Source: a virus (Duplodnaviria > Caudoviricetes). Taken from it: a DNA stretch of 64,000 nt. Of this stretch, positions 36,838-47,951 are shown piece after piece. The translations under genes and the position numbers were made by a program. The notes beneath the pieces are model-generated. The model was not told the origin of the DNA, made no database searches, and saw nothing but the letters and a program-made list of their open reading frames with translations. The stretch lies in the IMG/VR virus record IMGVR_UViG_3300042561_002102. One strand, written 5' to 3'. Within the stretch, counting starts at the first letter, position 1, and every line of letters begins with the position of its first letter.

Positions 36838-38121
36838 CTACCAATCCTGAACTAGAGTCATCAGTGATTTACGAGAAGAAATTTCCAGATAGGCTTGTGA
36901 AAGTTCATCATCAGGATTTTCTAAATATTCATCTATTAGAGAAAAAGAACAACTATCAAAAATCTTACCGATAATATTCCAAACAGAGGATGATTTCATC
37001 TTTTTGACCTGTTCAATACTTTTTGTAAGGCCTTTTTTTCTAAAATAATTGAAACTTCTAGGTGAAGCCGAAGTAATCTTAGAAATCCACTCGATCCACT
37101 CCTTCTGTGCTACTACAAGGTTATAATCCATATCAACCCAACCAGAAAAGGCAAGATATTCAAGATTTTGTAAAAAATCTTCATTTTTAAACACATCAAA
37201 GTGACCTCCGACCGCACGATAAAGATTTAAGACGTGAATGTAAGTTCTAAAGTATCGAATTTGCAACAACTCATCCACCTCGGTCTTCTCGGTCACCCCG
37301 GTGGGAACTACAAACTCTTTTACTTGCTCTAAAGACCAGAGCTTGAAATGTTTTTCACCAAGATAACTGTTACTTTTATGGAAAAGATAATCTTCAATAT
37401 CTTCCCTGCGAACAAGTTTCAGAGATTGGAGTAGCTGTGAAGTTTTCGGATTTTTTTGTAGGTAGAGAAAATCTTCTGCTAGTTTATCAGAAAAAGTTTT
37501 TCTATGAAGACCCGGAAGTTCAGTGATGATATAATAAAGAAAATCGAAATCATTCTTGGAAAAAGTAAGATCAAGTTGAATAGATTTTTTAAGAGCTCTA
37601 ATAAGTGTTTTGTCGGGAGAATTGAGGTTTTGTAGAGAAAATTCTCGCTTTTGAGGTAGCTGGTCAAAAAACTTCTCAAAGGCCGGGGTATAGATAACTT
37701 CTCGAGTAGATAGATCGCACCCAATAGCACACAGATCGAGATCGAAGTTCTCAAGAATACTTCTATATCCAGATCCCGGTGAAACTTCAACAGAAATGTA
37801 GTTTACTAGACCTTCTCGTTTACAGGTAAGTATTTTATACCAATTCTCGAAAGAAAGCTTCATAATATAGTTATAACCCGATTGAACGATTTCTGGGTTC
37901 CAACTAGTAAGTGAAGTTATCCAGGTGTTTTCAGTGGTTACGTTATCAATCGTAAAAACATCTAGATCATTGATAATAGGTGACGAGGTTCGTAATGTTC
38001 GGTGAATGATCCAGTTCGATAGAGCGCCACCTGCTAAAAAACCCGATGTAGGTAGTTTTTTAGAGATATCGGAATCTAGAAACTCAAGAACCAAGGAGTT
38101 AATCTTTTCTTTTGTAGTCAT
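36838..38121 (-). CDS. Nucleotidyltransferase (CCA/poly(A)-polymerase-head-like)
   Basis: GFLAGGAL..INDLDVF..ILENFDLDLCAIG. Confidence 0.6.
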   Translation of the reverse strand: MTTKEKINSLVLEFLDSDISKKLPTSGFLAGGALSNWIIHRTLRTSSPIINDLDVFTIDNVTTENTWITSLTSWNPEIVQSGYNYIMKLSFENWYKILTCKREGLVNYISVEVSPGSGYRSILENFDLDLCAIGCDLSTREVIYTPAFEKFFDQLPQKREFSLQNLNSPDKTLIRALKKSIQLDLTFSKNDFDFLYYIITELPGLHRKTFSDKLAEDFLYLQKNPKTSQLLQSLKLVRREDIEDYLFHKSNSYLGEKHFKLWSLEQVKEFVVPTGVTEKTEVDELLQIRYFRTYIHVLNLYRAVGGHFDVFKNEDFLQNLEYLAFSGWVDMDYNLVVAQKEWIEWISKITSASPRSFNYFRKKGLTKSIEQVKKMKSSSVWNIIGKIFDSCSFSLIDEYLENPDDELSQAYLEISSRKSLMTLVQDW

Positions 38122-38264
38122 ACAGATTTTTATTTCAACTACAAAGATAGAAAAAAAAATCAGTAGTTGCACATCTTTATGAAAAAAAATCTTTTATGTC
38201 ATTTTGTCATATAAGTTTCTTTGGCACAATATATGTATGATAAAAAGAAAAAAAATATAAATCT

Positions 38265-38603
38265 ATGTTCTTACACTCAAGTAACCTAACCAGATCATTA
38301 GTAGATCACTACCACAAAACAAAGTTTTCTCACAAGTTCGTTCAAAAAGATGATGGGACTATTTCACTTCGTATGGAAGTTCCTGGCTTCACAAAGGATA
38401 CTCTCTGGGTTCAACTCATGGATGGCGTTCTTAATGTATCAGGTAAATATAAAAGTGATGGGGTAACCTATAAGGTAAACACTACTCTGGAAGTTCCAAA
38501 AAATGCCGATCAAGAAACAGCCACCGCTCAGGTTGAAAACGGTATCTTAACAGTCACTATGAACACTAAAACCACCAAGTGCTATAACTTACTCAAAAAA
38601 TAA
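38265..38603 (+). CDS. Small heat-shock protein (Hsp20)
   Basis: MEVPGF.KD.L.V...GVL.VSG..A.VENGILTV. Confidence 0.85.
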   Translation: MFLHSSNLTRSLVDHYHKTKFSHKFVQKDDGTISLRMEVPGFTKDTLWVQLMDGVLNVSGKYKSDGVTYKVNTTLEVPKNADQETATAQVENGILTVTMNTKTTKCYNLLKK

Positions 38604-38631
38604 AATATAAAAAAAATAAACCACTAAAACT

Positions 38632-40509
38632 ATGAAAAAAGACGTAATCATCGGTATTGACCTAGGAACAACTAACTCAGCGGTAGCTATTGTTGAGGCG
38701 GGAGATTCAGTGATCATTCCAAACTCTGAAGGCCGCAGAACAACACCATCGGTCGTTGCCTTCACCGATAAAGACCGAAGAATCGGAGATCCTGCTAAAA
38801 GACAAGCAGTGACCAATCCCCAAAAAACCATCTACTCTATTAAGAGATTTATTGGTAAGAGCTGGGCAGCATCGAAAGACGAAGCTGGCAAAGTTCCCTA
38901 CACGGTGAAATCAAGCTCAAACTCTACACCCGTCGTATCGATTGATGATAGAGATTATACCCCTCAAGAAATCTCAGCGATGATCCTTCAGAAAATGAAA
39001 AAAACCGCCGAAGATTATCTAGGTTACGAAGTTACACGAGCTGTTATTACCGTTCCTGCTTACTTCGGAGATGCCGAAAGAGGCGCAACGATGGAAGCCG
39101 GTCAAATCGCTGGGCTTAAAGTCGAGAGGATTATCAACGAACCTACAGCAGCTGCCCTGGCCTATGGTTTAGATAAAAAAGGTCAAGACTCAAAAATCTT
39201 GGTTTTCGACTGCGGAGGTGGAACCCACGACGTATCAGTTCTTGAAATTGGTGATGGTGTATTCGAGGTAAAATCAACCGATGGTGATACCCATCTAGGT
39301 GGTGATGACTTTGATAATGCGATCATTGCCTGGATGACCGGTGAGTTCAAAAGTGACACTGGTATCGATCTAACGAAAGATCCAATGGCATTACAACGAC
39401 TGAAAGACGCAGCTGAAAAAGCAAAGATCGAACTTTCTTCTTCACTTTCAACCGAGGTCAATCTTCCCTATATTACGGTGAAGGATAACGTTCCTCAACA
39501 CTTTGTGAAATCTCTTACCCGTGCTAAGTTCGATCAACTTACCAAATCACTCGTTGATAGAGCAGTGGCCTGTGCGAAAAGTGCTCTAAAATCTGCTGGT
39601 CTTAAGCCAAGTGAGATTGATGAAGTAGTTTTAGTAGGTGGTTCTACTCGCATTCCAGCTATTCAAGATGCTGTCGAGAGTTTTATTGGTAAAAAAGCCA
39701 ATAAATCTGTAAATCCAGATGAAGTCGTAGCAATGGGAGCAGCTATTCAAGGTGCTGTTCTTACCGGTGATGTTAATGATGTTCTTCTACTAGACGTTAT
39801 TCCACTCTCGTTCGGTATTGAAACCATGGGTGGTGTAATGACCAAACTTATCGAGGCCAACACAACTATTCCAGTAAGAAAGCAGCAAACTTTCTCAACA
39901 GCTGCTGATAATCAAAACTCAGTTGAAATCCACGTTCTTCAAGGTGAAAGGCCGATGGCATCAGATAACCGTTCGATAGGCAGGTTCCATCTTGATGGTA
40001 TTATGCCAGCTCCGAGGGGTGTTCCACAAATCGAGGTTAGTATTGATATCGACGCTAATGGTATCCTAAGTGTTAAAGCTCAAGATAAAGCTACTGGTAA
40101 AGAAAACAAAATTCGTATCGAAGGTGGTTCTTCTCTAACACCAGAGGAAATCCAACGTATGAAAGACGAGGCTATTCAGAACGAGGCTGAGGATAAACGT
40201 AAGATGGAAACTGCCGAGCTTGTCAATAAGTGTGATACTCAAGTATTCACTACTAAAAAATCACTCGAAGAGTGGAAGGACAAGTTTACACCCGAGCAGC
40301 TAGAAGAGCTTCAAAAACTGGTCGGCCAGCTCGAAGAGGCTCTCTCTCAACGAGACGAGACTAGGATGAAAGAAGCTTCGTCTTCTCTTGAGTCGACTTT
40401 CTCCAAAATTTCTACCGAGATTTATTCTAAAATCAGTAGTGAAGAAGGTTCTAGTTCAAGTGGTGTAGAAGATGTAGAATATACAACGGTTGAAGATCAA
40501 GACAAGTAA
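38632..40509 (+). CDS. dnaK: Hsp70 chaperone DnaK
   Basis: [27 protein letters not shown] and GGGTHDVS motifs. Confidence 0.98.
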   Translation: MKKDVIIGIDLGTTNSAVAIVEAGDSVIIPNSEGRRTTPSVVAFTDKDRRIGDPAKRQAVTNPQKTIYSIKRFIGKSWAASKDEAGKVPYTVKSSSNSTPVVSIDDRDYTPQEISAMILQKMKKTAEDYLGYEVTRAVITVPAYFGDAERGATMEAGQIAGLKVERIINEPTAAALAYGLDKKGQDSKILVFDCGGGTHDVSVLEIGDGVFEVKSTDGDTHLGGDDFDNAIIAWMTGEFKSDTGIDLTKDPMALQRLKDAAEKAKIELSSSLSTEVNLPYITVKDNVPQHFVKSLTRAKFDQLTKSLVDRAVACAKSALKSAGLKPSEIDEVVLVGGSTRIPAIQDAVESFIGKKANKSVNPDEVVAMGAAIQGAVLTGDVNDVLLLDVIPLSFGIETMGGVMTKLIEANTTIPVRKQQTFSTAADNQNSVEIHVLQGERPMASDNRSIGRFHLDGIMPAPRGVPQIEVSIDIDANGILSVKAQDKATGKENKIRIEGGSSLTPEEIQRMKDEAIQNEAEDKRKMETAELVNKCDTQVFTTKKSLEEWKDKFTPEQLEELQKLVGQLEEALSQRDETRMKEASSSLESTFSKISTEIYSKISSEEGSSSSGVEDVEYTTVEDQDK

Positions 40510-40530
40510 AACCATTAGTTCGTCTATCAA

Positions 40531-40566
40531 ATAGTAGTAGGTCCTAAGATCTACTACTATTTTTTT
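40531..40566 (+). terminator. Intrinsic terminator after dnaK
   Basis: atagtagtag/ctactactat hairpin followed by a T-run. Confidence 0.75.
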
Positions 40567-40595
40567 ACTAAACTAGAAAAATAATATATAATACC

Positions 40596-40859
40596 ATGTC
40601 AATATCCTTAAAAGAATCCGCAATCAATAACTACATTGGTAACCTCAACCTTCGCGAAGAAGATCTCAACTTAAACCAAATCGAACAAGATCTCATCAAA
40701 CTTCTTGGTGAAAGGCCTTCGGTTCAACCTAAATGGGTTAAAGATGCTATGCTCTTAGAAGATAGAAAATCAGCTCGTGAAGTGAAGCGACTTGATAGTA
40801 TTTCTATTATCTTTACCGATCTAGACGATAAAATAAAAAAAATAGAAATCAAAATATGA
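40596..40859 (+). CDS. Hypothetical protein
   Basis: ORF after TAATATATA. Confidence 0.7.
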   Translation: MSISLKESAINNYIGNLNLREEDLNLNQIEQDLIKLLGERPSVQPKWVKDAMLLEDRKSAREVKRLDSISIIFTDLDDKIKKIEIKI

Positions 40860-41077
40860 CACTCGAAAAAGAAACTTGGACACTTGACTGGGATAAACTC
40901 CTAGCAACCAAAAATGAAGAGCACATCGAAATTATTTCTAAAATGTGGAGAGAATATCTTTCTTACTCTTCGATGTCTACCAGCTTCTCTGGAAACCTAG
41001 CACTTAATCAATCGATGAGAGATACCCTTCTTGAAAATCTAAAATCCAAGGGTCATCTTAAAAAAGTATCCTTGTAA
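40856..41077 (+). CDS. Hypothetical protein
   Basis: Translationally coupled ORF. Confidence 0.65.
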   Translation: MTLEKETWTLDWDKLLATKNEEHIEIISKMWREYLSYSSMSTSFSGNLALNQSMRDTLLENLKSKGHLKKVSL

Positions 41078-41078
41078 A

Positions 41079-41432
41079 ATGAAAGAAGTTATACCTTCTG
41101 TATTGGATTATCTTGGTAGTGTTGAGTCGGATGTTCTTTGCCTACTAACCTTGATGATTGAAGGTGAGTATTTTGAAGCTTGTTATTTCTACGGACCTAT
41201 CGATGGGTTGGTAATACTCTCAAACGAACTAGAAAGTAAGATAGAAGAACTTTCTTGGCAAATTGATATGGAGATACTAGAGAAAAAAATAAGTTCACTG
41301 GTCGTTCCCTATGAGCAAATAATCAATATGGTTAGTGAGTATGTGCCACCTACCGAAGAAGAAATCTTAAAAGCTATCGAGATTAAACCAGCAAGTGAAA
41401 TCGATCGAAAAGATGTTCAGGAGTTAGATTGA
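41079..41432 (+). CDS. Hypothetical acidic protein
   Basis: ORF. Confidence 0.7.
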   Translation: MKEVIPSVLDYLGSVESDVLCLLTLMIEGEYFEACYFYGPIDGLVILSNELESKIEELSWQIDMEILEKKISSLVVPYEQIINMVSEYVPPTEEEILKAIEIKPASEIDRKDVQELD

Positions 41433-42799
41433 TCTTTTAGGCTAAATAATCTAAGTAACTTTCTTTCCATATCTCTACCAGCCTGGTTTATTCTTCTCTC
41501 GAATAACTTCATTAGTGATGGAACATCTTGAATAGTTTCAATATCTTTGTAAAGTTTAGTATTGGTTTCTTTTGTTTCGAGTTGTTTATAATCTTTTACA
41601 AACCAATTTTTAAGTCTAGTTAGTATAGAATCTTTGAGGTGTGGTGAAACTTCATCAATAGCGTCTAGGATTGTTCTATAATGTGCTTCCCAAGAAAAGT
41701 TTTTCATTTTCTGTGTGCCTTCCCAAATAGTAGTTCTCTTGAACTCGTCCAAGCTCATAGATTTCACATATTCGTATGCTTCTTGAACTACCGCGTTTTG
41801 TTCGTAAGGTTCAGATATATAGACTAAGTAATGAAATCTATACCAAAATTTCCAGATAGTTTTTGGAATATTATAGTTTTTTGCTCCTGCCCAAGATAGA
41901 CTGAAGGTTTGGCCACCACGACCTTTGATATGTCTTTGATAAAACTCGTGAAGATGAGCAAGTTCATGAGATATAGTAGCTCGAAGTTCTCTGTATAGAT
42001 TATCTACAACGGGTCCTTCGAATACATTAGAAACTCTAATAGAAAACTCAAGTCTTCCAGTAATAGTTTTTTCAATCTCTCCTGGTAAATCTCGAACAGC
42101 ATCGGGATTAGCTAGAGCTAAGAAACTTTCATCAGGTGAATCTTCTTTCTGGGAAATGTTTTGAGCTAATCCAGTTACAGTGTATTTACCCCTGAAATCC
42201 AACTTTTTTACACGCCTAAGTGTAACCTTCATATCTACTTTTTCAAGAGGAAATTTGATGAAATCTTCCGCTTTACCCTGAAAGGCGATCTTGAAACTAG
42301 CCCACGGTATAGAGATTTTAACTAAATCACTTGATAGATTACTCTCTAAAAATCTAGAAGTTATTGGTAGAAGAGCCTTATAGATAGTCTCAACAGCTGG
42401 TTCTATTTGTGTTGCTACACCTAACTTTTCATCGATCTTTTGAGGTGATGAGAATACATCAGAAAAAGCTCTATAATCAAATAGTTTTTGTTTTTTCCGG
42501 GCAAGTATCGATTGTACCTCTCGAATAACACTTTCCCAATCAGTGAAAAGTTGATAGGTGTTTTCGGATACTGAAGAAAAATCTGCATAGGTAACGATCC
42601 ATTCATTGGTAAATTTTTCTATAGTAAGTAGATAGGAGTAGGCCAAAAAACAATATACAGCTGTCTCATCGTGATTTTTCTTAACGTAGTTCGATGGGGT
42701 GCTGAAGATCTTTTTCAATCTTTGAATCTCGTTCTCATTGAAAACCTGAGAACGATTTTCTAGTAAATATTTTTCGTATTGAAGTTCATCTAAAATCAT
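41417..42799 (-). CDS. Protein with HExxH metallopeptidase motif
   Basis: TISHELAHLHE..EPYEQNA; start trimmed. Confidence 0.65.
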   Translation of the reverse strand: MILDELQYEKYLLENRSQVFNENEIQRLKKIFSTPSNYVKKNHDETAVYCFLAYSYLLTIEKFTNEWIVTYADFSSVSENTYQLFTDWESVIREVQSILARKKQKLFDYRAFSDVFSSPQKIDEKLGVATQIEPAVETIYKALLPITSRFLESNLSSDLVKISIPWASFKIAFQGKAEDFIKFPLEKVDMKVTLRRVKKLDFRGKYTVTGLAQNISQKEDSPDESFLALANPDAVRDLPGEIEKTITGRLEFSIRVSNVFEGPVVDNLYRELRATISHELAHLHEFYQRHIKGRGGQTFSLSWAGAKNYNIPKTIWKFWYRFHYLVYISEPYEQNAVVQEAYEYVKSMSLDEFKRTTIWEGTQKMKNFSWEAHYRTILDAIDEVSPHLKDSILTRLKNWFVKDYKQLETKETNTKLYKDIETIQDVPSLMKLFERRINQAGRDMERKLLRLFSLKDQSNS

Positions 42800-42902
42800 A
42801 TTTGTATATATAAAATCTATACTATGGAACTTCACTCAAAACTTCATCTTATTAAGTTCCTAAGAAAAGTGAAAAGTTTCTTAAAAACTAAATAGAGTTC
42901 AA

Positions 42903-44192
42903 TTAGTCATCGACTTCATACCAATCACCAGAAGTAGAAACAAGTTGTCTTTCAGATGAGTCGATAGCTATGTTAGTAAGACATTTCTCAGTGAGACTCA
43001 AATATTTCATACTATCAACATAAGGATATCTATCAAAATATACTTTTTTAAGATTACATATATAAGTATCTTCTGTTTTTCTGGTTTTACCGTCCGTCAT
43101 CATAAGATTAGAACTTGAATCTTGATGGGTTTTGTAAAACCAACCTTTAGATTGAGCAAATTGCTTGAAAAGTTCAATATCTGAATCGTTGTTTGTGTAA
43201 ATCCTATCTACAAAGATAGTTCCGTCATTAAGTGTCCAAACAATAGCTCTACCACGAATCTTATTGGATAGATATTTACCATCGGATATTCTTCCATTGT
43301 TATCATAAAGTATAACCATTTGGCAAACTTCTGGATTTTCGGTGTATATCTTGAAATACTCAGGCCCCTTTTCTTTCATACAAGAGTTTCCGAGCTGGCC
43401 TAGTTGAGATTCATAATTCTGACTTTTATACCAAAATGCTATTTGATCACCTTTGACAACATCAAATTTAGCGAAAGCTTGGTTGAAAATATCCCAGGCT
43501 GCTTTATACCGGTTGGTAAAAACTTCGATTTCTTGTTCAGTGTGATTGATATTAAGAACTTTGAGAACAGATTTAGCAAATTTTCCTACTTTAAAAGTAG
43601 CTCTTTGCTCAGTCCAAAGCCTGTCGTATCGATTATCAAAAGGAATAAGACTGTTAATGTTGATAACTTTCTGAACACCATTCGAAACAAACTCTTTACC
43701 TTGAACTTCACCAATATCAATCAAGGCATATTCTTTTTTACTTGGATTAATACATCGAGCCTTTATTTGGCATTTCATTCCAGATGAAATTGATGTTGAA
43801 ACATCACCATCGGTAGGTGTGTAGTTCAATCTTCTGAAAGTAGAAATGTTTTTGTATTCACCATTCTCGTCTTTATTAAAAGTTAGTAATCCAGACGTGT
43901 TGTTGATTATCCAGATCTCTTTTGTTTCAGATAAAATTCTTTCAGCTTTGTTTTGTGGAATATACTCAACATAATCTTTTCTATCTTTTGTAAGATCAAT
44001 GTAGTTAGCTGCGTATTCAGCGTCTTTTCCTGATTGAAAAGCTGATAGTATTTCTCTAGCTACTCTATCATCATCTTTGAGAGAGTTCAAGAGAGAAGTA
44101 AAATTTGGTGAAAAATTGAGAGTAGATTCCATGATAAGGTTTTCTAGGAGAATTTCTTCGTTTAAGAACTGGTTGAACTTTTTGTGTATCAT
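42903..44192 (-). CDS. SCM..RAIVW..DRIY family protein, paralogue of 19709-21757
   Basis: Shared motif order; TAATATATA upstream. Confidence 0.75.
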   Translation of the reverse strand: MIHKKFNQFLNEEILLENLIMESTLNFSPNFTSLLNSLKDDDRVAREILSAFQSGKDAEYAANYIDLTKDRKDYVEYIPQNKAERILSETKEIWIINNTSGLLTFNKDENGEYKNISTFRRLNYTPTDGDVSTSISSGMKCQIKARCINPSKKEYALIDIGEVQGKEFVSNGVQKVININSLIPFDNRYDRLWTEQRATFKVGKFAKSVLKVLNINHTEQEIEVFTNRYKAAWDIFNQAFAKFDVVKGDQIAFWYKSQNYESQLGQLGNSCMKEKGPEYFKIYTENPEVCQMVILYDNNGRISDGKYLSNKIRGRAIVWTLNDGTIFVDRIYTNNDSDIELFKQFAQSKGWFYKTHQDSSSNLMMTDGKTRKTEDTYICNLKKVYFDRYPYVDSMKYLSLTEKCLTNIAIDSSERQLVSTSGDWYEVDD

Positions 44193-44271
44193 ATTTGTAT
44201 ATATATTATTTGAGGAATGTTTTTTTATATATAAACTTTATCAAAAAAAAAATAATCAAAAGAGAAAGAGA

Positions 44272-44484
44272 ATGTTTTCAATAGAAGATCTAAATATTTG
44301 TATTATTTCTCATAACATATTTATTAAAGACATAAATCTCGGACATAACTTCGATCAAATACACCGGATATCTGTAAAAAGGGGCAAACCTTCGAAGGAA
44401 ATCCTAGATGAAATTTGGAAAAAAAAGTTAGCTAAATCAGTTCAACTAAAAAGGGATAGAAGGTTGAAAAAAATACTGAATTAA
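44272..44484 (+). CDS. Small protein with RDRRLKKIL tail
   Basis: Start trimmed to the ATG after TATATA. Confidence 0.55.
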   Translation: MFSIEDLNICIISHNIFIKDINLGHNFDQIHRISVKRGKPSKEILDEIWKKKLAKSVQLKRDRRLKKILN

Positions 44485-44999
44485 ATCTTCTGCCTTTTCG
44501 TGGTTAGATATTCTTTCAAATCTTCGTATCGAACTTGACCAGGATTGGTGAAAAGTTTAGATCTATCACCTTTATTTTTGACTGGATTTGGAATATCTGT
44601 AGATAACTCACTCGATACATCATTTAGCTGTTCAATCTTAGTATCAACTTCTTTCATCATTTTGCCTATCCAGGCATCGGTTCCAAATTCTCTAACATAT
44701 TGATTATCATAATTTAACTCAAATTCCTCAAAATCTTTATAGATGAGTATTTTGTTTGGGGATATTGTATGATCAGTGTAGAAATGCATATTTCCAACTT
44801 CGCCGGCACTTAGACAAATTGAACCTTTATATTTTCTATAAGCAAAGGCAAATCTATCTTTATCATTATCTAATCTATCTTCTCCTTTTGTATCTTCAAG
44901 AGTTAGTGAAACACCTAAATTAACTCTGAAGTATTTGGAACTTGATTTAATAGAACTTATAATAGCATGTGATGTTACTACAAAATACTTACCATCCAT
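44481..44999 (-). CDS. Hypothetical protein
   Basis: 172-aa ORF. Confidence 0.7.
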   Translation of the reverse strand: MDGKYFVVTSHAIISSIKSSSKYFRVNLGVSLTLEDTKGEDRLDNDKDRFAFAYRKYKGSICLSAGEVGNMHFYTDHTISPNKILIYKDFEEFELNYDNQYVREFGTDAWIGKMMKEVDTKIEQLNDVSSELSTDIPNPVKNKGDRSKLFTNPGQVRYEDLKEYLTTKRQKI

Positions 45000-45007
45000 A
45001 CTAACTT

Positions 45008-45550
45008 TTACTGAGTTTCTATAGAAAAGTTTTCTTCCGAAGAATCTTTACTACCACCATCAAGCTCTAACTTGAGTTCTATTAGAAGATCTTCATCGAT
45101 ATCTTCTATCTTGATATTTTTAGATATTTCGCCTAAAAGATCGAAGCTGTCGATGTTGTATTTCTTAAACTTTACAAAACAATCTTTAATATCATCTGCC
45201 GAGAAATCTTTAGATCCATCAGCCGGAACAGCATCCTTCAAATCGAGTATAACAGTAAAATCATAAAGGTTTTCATCATCCGAGAATCTACACTTGATAC
45301 TATCTTGAACTTTCGAGTATTTTGATTTTTGTATAGAATCTAGCTGAATACCAAGTTCGTTGAACCTCATTTTACCACCACCTTTAAGATCTTTTTGTTC
45401 TTTTGCCGAAAAAGTATCTACTTCTTCACCAGATTCTTCAAAAAGAGATTTTATAGTTCTCTCTATAGTATCAAGCCTAGTAGAAATATACCCCTCTGGA
45501 GTATCGTAAAGCCTCTCAAGAATAAACTCGTCAAAATATCTAACCCTCAT
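45008..45550 (-). CDS. Hypothetical acidic protein
   Basis: MRVRYFDEFILE start after TAATATATA. Confidence 0.7.
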   Translation of the reverse strand: MRVRYFDEFILERLYDTPEGYISTRLDTIERTIKSLFEESGEEVDTFSAKEQKDLKGGGKMRFNELGIQLDSIQKSKYSKVQDSIKCRFSDDENLYDFTVILDLKDAVPADGSKDFSADDIKDCFVKFKKYNIDSFDLLGEISKNIKIEDIDEDLLIELKLELDGGSKDSSEENFSIETQ

Positions 45551-45581
45551 ATAAAATTTTATTTAAGGGTATATATTATTT

Positions 45582-46502
45582 TCAAGAGGCCATAAACTCA
45601 CTTCTGAACTTTAGAAGTGCTAAATCTTTTGCTTTACATTCTAGCTCAACATCGATATCGTAACCATAATCATCAAAGTTCTCAAAAAGATAGTCGGCGT
45701 GTGCTTCGAGTTTAGATGATTGATCTTCATGAATTTTTCTAGAAGATGAATGATGACATAGTTGCTTTTCTTGCCAGGTCTGACGAGCCAACTCGAAAGC
45801 TGACCTCTGATCGAGATCATCAGAAAAACAAGCGTGATGAAAAAAATCAAATACAATAGGCGTTCCTATCTTATCCCAAATCATGGACTTTAGCATTTGG
45901 GTTGAGAACTGATTTTTTGAGTCGTCGTTTTCTACTGTTAGTCGTTTTTTGGTAGTTGCTGATAACCTCTCAAAATTTTGACAAAATCTCTCGGCTGCTT
46001 CTTCTCTGCTGGGTTTGGTTACACCAACATGAACATTGATTGAATAGTAGGTCGATGCCTCGAGACCCATGAGATCCATTAGCTGTGAATGTTTATCGAG
46101 TTCGTCGATTGTTTTTTCTACTACATCTGGATTTTGACTAGCTAATACACAAAACGGTGGTGCGTGAAACGATAATCTCATACCGTGTAGCTTGGCAAAA
46201 TCACCAGCAGATTTTAGAAGAGCTTTTATCCTATCAAATCTAGGTAATGTCGTTACATCGTAATGTGTAAGCCAAGGGAACATCTCTGAGGACATTCTAT
46301 ATACAAAGATGTTGTTTTGTAAATTATACTCAAGGATTTTGATTAAATCTTCTAAATTTTTGGTAGCTAGTTCGCTAACACCTTCAAGACCTTTCGTGTC
46401 AAAAGTTTTTTTGACCATACCACGATTCACTGATACTTGATCTACTTTTTTGACACCTTCGTTGATACCAAGGCAGATACAGCAATATCCTATTTTTGAC
46501 AT
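45582..46502 (-). CDS. uvsE: UV-damage endonuclease (UvsE/UVDE)
   Basis: IGYCCI, YRMSSEMFP, RLSFH, LTVENDD, PIVFDFFHH and MLE-like VELECKAKD motifs. Confidence 0.92.
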   Translation of the reverse strand: MSKIGYCCICLGINEGVKKVDQVSVNRGMVKKTFDTKGLEGVSELATKNLEDLIKILEYNLQNNIFVYRMSSEMFPWLTHYDVTTLPRFDRIKALLKSAGDFAKLHGMRLSFHAPPFCVLASQNPDVVEKTIDELDKHSQLMDLMGLEASTYYSINVHVGVTKPSREEAAERFCQNFERLSATTKKRLTVENDDSKNQFSTQMLKSMIWDKIGTPIVFDFFHHACFSDDLDQRSAFELARQTWQEKQLCHHSSSRKIHEDQSSKLEAHADYLFENFDDYGYDIDVELECKAKDLALLKFRSEFMAS

Positions 46503-46535
46503 TCTTTATTTTTTTACAAAGATATGAAAAAATAT

Positions 46536-47117
46536 TTAATTATTTACTCTTTCGACATCATCAAGTGGTATTTCTATAAAGTTTTCTCTACCAAAAATTT
46601 TCACAGAAACTTTAACTGAATTCTTTTGTCGGTTCATTTCTTTCACATCACCTTCAAATCCAGAAAATGGACCACCTAAAATACGAACTCTTTCACCTGA
46701 TGAGTATTCCAAAGCCGTAGCTGTATCTGTTTCGTCAATTTTAGCTCTCATTTTCTCAAGTTCATACTGCTTAACCCAGATAGGGTTTCCAGCGGCATCT
46801 TTAAGAAGACCAGCAGCTCCGGGCGTAGATTTTACCCAGTATTCAAGCTCACCTACATATTTAGTTTCTACGAAGATATAGCCAGGAAAAAGAACTTTTT
46901 CTCTCATGATTCTTTGGCCATTTCTATTGGTGATTGTTTTTTCTGTAGGATAAAAAGCTTCTATAATCGGTAGATCACCTCTGTCTTTATCTCGGTTCAT
47001 TCTTTCGAGTAGGGTTCTTTCTCTGCCAGATTGAACTCTGAGCGTATACCAATTGGTTTTTTTCGGATCAATTTCTGATGTATCTACACCGTCTATTCTG
47101 GATTTTGTATTTGACAT
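46536..47117 (-). CDS. nusG: Transcription factor NusG
   Basis: WYTLRVQSGRE, LFPGYIFV, KOW motif GERVRILGGPFSGFEG and VSVKIFGR. Confidence 0.92.
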   Translation of the reverse strand: MSNTKSRIDGVDTSEIDPKKTNWYTLRVQSGRERTLLERMNRDKDRGDLPIIEAFYPTEKTITNRNGQRIMREKVLFPGYIFVETKYVGELEYWVKSTPGAAGLLKDAAGNPIWVKQYELEKMRAKIDETDTATALEYSSGERVRILGGPFSGFEGDVKEMNRQKNSVKVSVKIFGRENFIEIPLDDVERVNN

Positions 47118-47141
47118 ATATTTTTTGTTTTTATTTTTTTT

Positions 47142-47951
47142 TTAATTTGAATATCTTTCACGATAAAAACTGTAGATTGGATCAATTTCTTTCGGGTAGT
47201 TATATGGTTCACTAAAGAGTATATTCGTTACGCCCCAAGCTTGGTTGAAACAACCATCATCTTTGAAATAATGTAATCTAGATGGTAGTTGTCTAAGAGT
47301 TATCTTAAACTGCATCAGGTGTGTTTTTAGTATATTCTCGGGTGGAAACATGTAGGCACCTTCTTTAAGGTATCTAGAAAGATAAATGAATAAAGAGCTA
47401 TAATAATTCATATTTTTCTGAGAGCCATAAGCAAACTGATCTGGGGGACCGCCATTATTTAACCATTTATCGTTGAATGTACAACCCCAAACTAGATTCA
47501 AATAACCATTGATTTCCAGATCAGGGAATGGCTCGAAGTAAATATCAGTTCTTGTTCTAATTACTATATCATAGTTTTTGTCTTGACACAATGAATTACA
47601 TTTCATAACTTTATACCAAAGATAAAAAAATCGACATTCTCTGGTCGACTCTAGTAAATCAGGAGTCAAAGGCCACATATCATTTATGCTAAATTTTTCT
47701 ATGATTTCTTCACGAAATACACTTACAACCGAACTTTCAAAATTATGTGGATTTTCCCATTCACATTTTATTGGATTTAATTTGTAGAATAGTTCTTCTT
47801 GTGTGATATCTTCTGAAAGTTTTTCCTCTTCGGTTCTCTCCCAAAAACTACCATAAACATCCAAATTGTATTCTTCGGTAATTTTTTTCCAGTAATCAAA
47901 ACTTTTGTGCATTTCTCTGATTTGACCAGAAAAACAAATAGCAATTTTCAT
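47142..47951 (-). CDS. Putative glycosyltransferase-like protein
   Basis: MKIAICFSGQIR..YDIVIRTRTDI..DQFAYG. Confidence 0.55.
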   Translation of the reverse strand: MKIAICFSGQIREMHKSFDYWKKITEEYNLDVYGSFWERTEEEKLSEDITQEELFYKLNPIKCEWENPHNFESSVVSVFREEIIEKFSINDMWPLTPDLLESTRECRFFYLWYKVMKCNSLCQDKNYDIVIRTRTDIYFEPFPDLEINGYLNLVWGCTFNDKWLNNGGPPDQFAYGSQKNMNYYSSLFIYLSRYLKEGAYMFPPENILKTHLMQFKITLRQLPSRLHYFKDDGCFNQAWGVTNILFSEPYNYPKEIDPIYSFYRERYSN

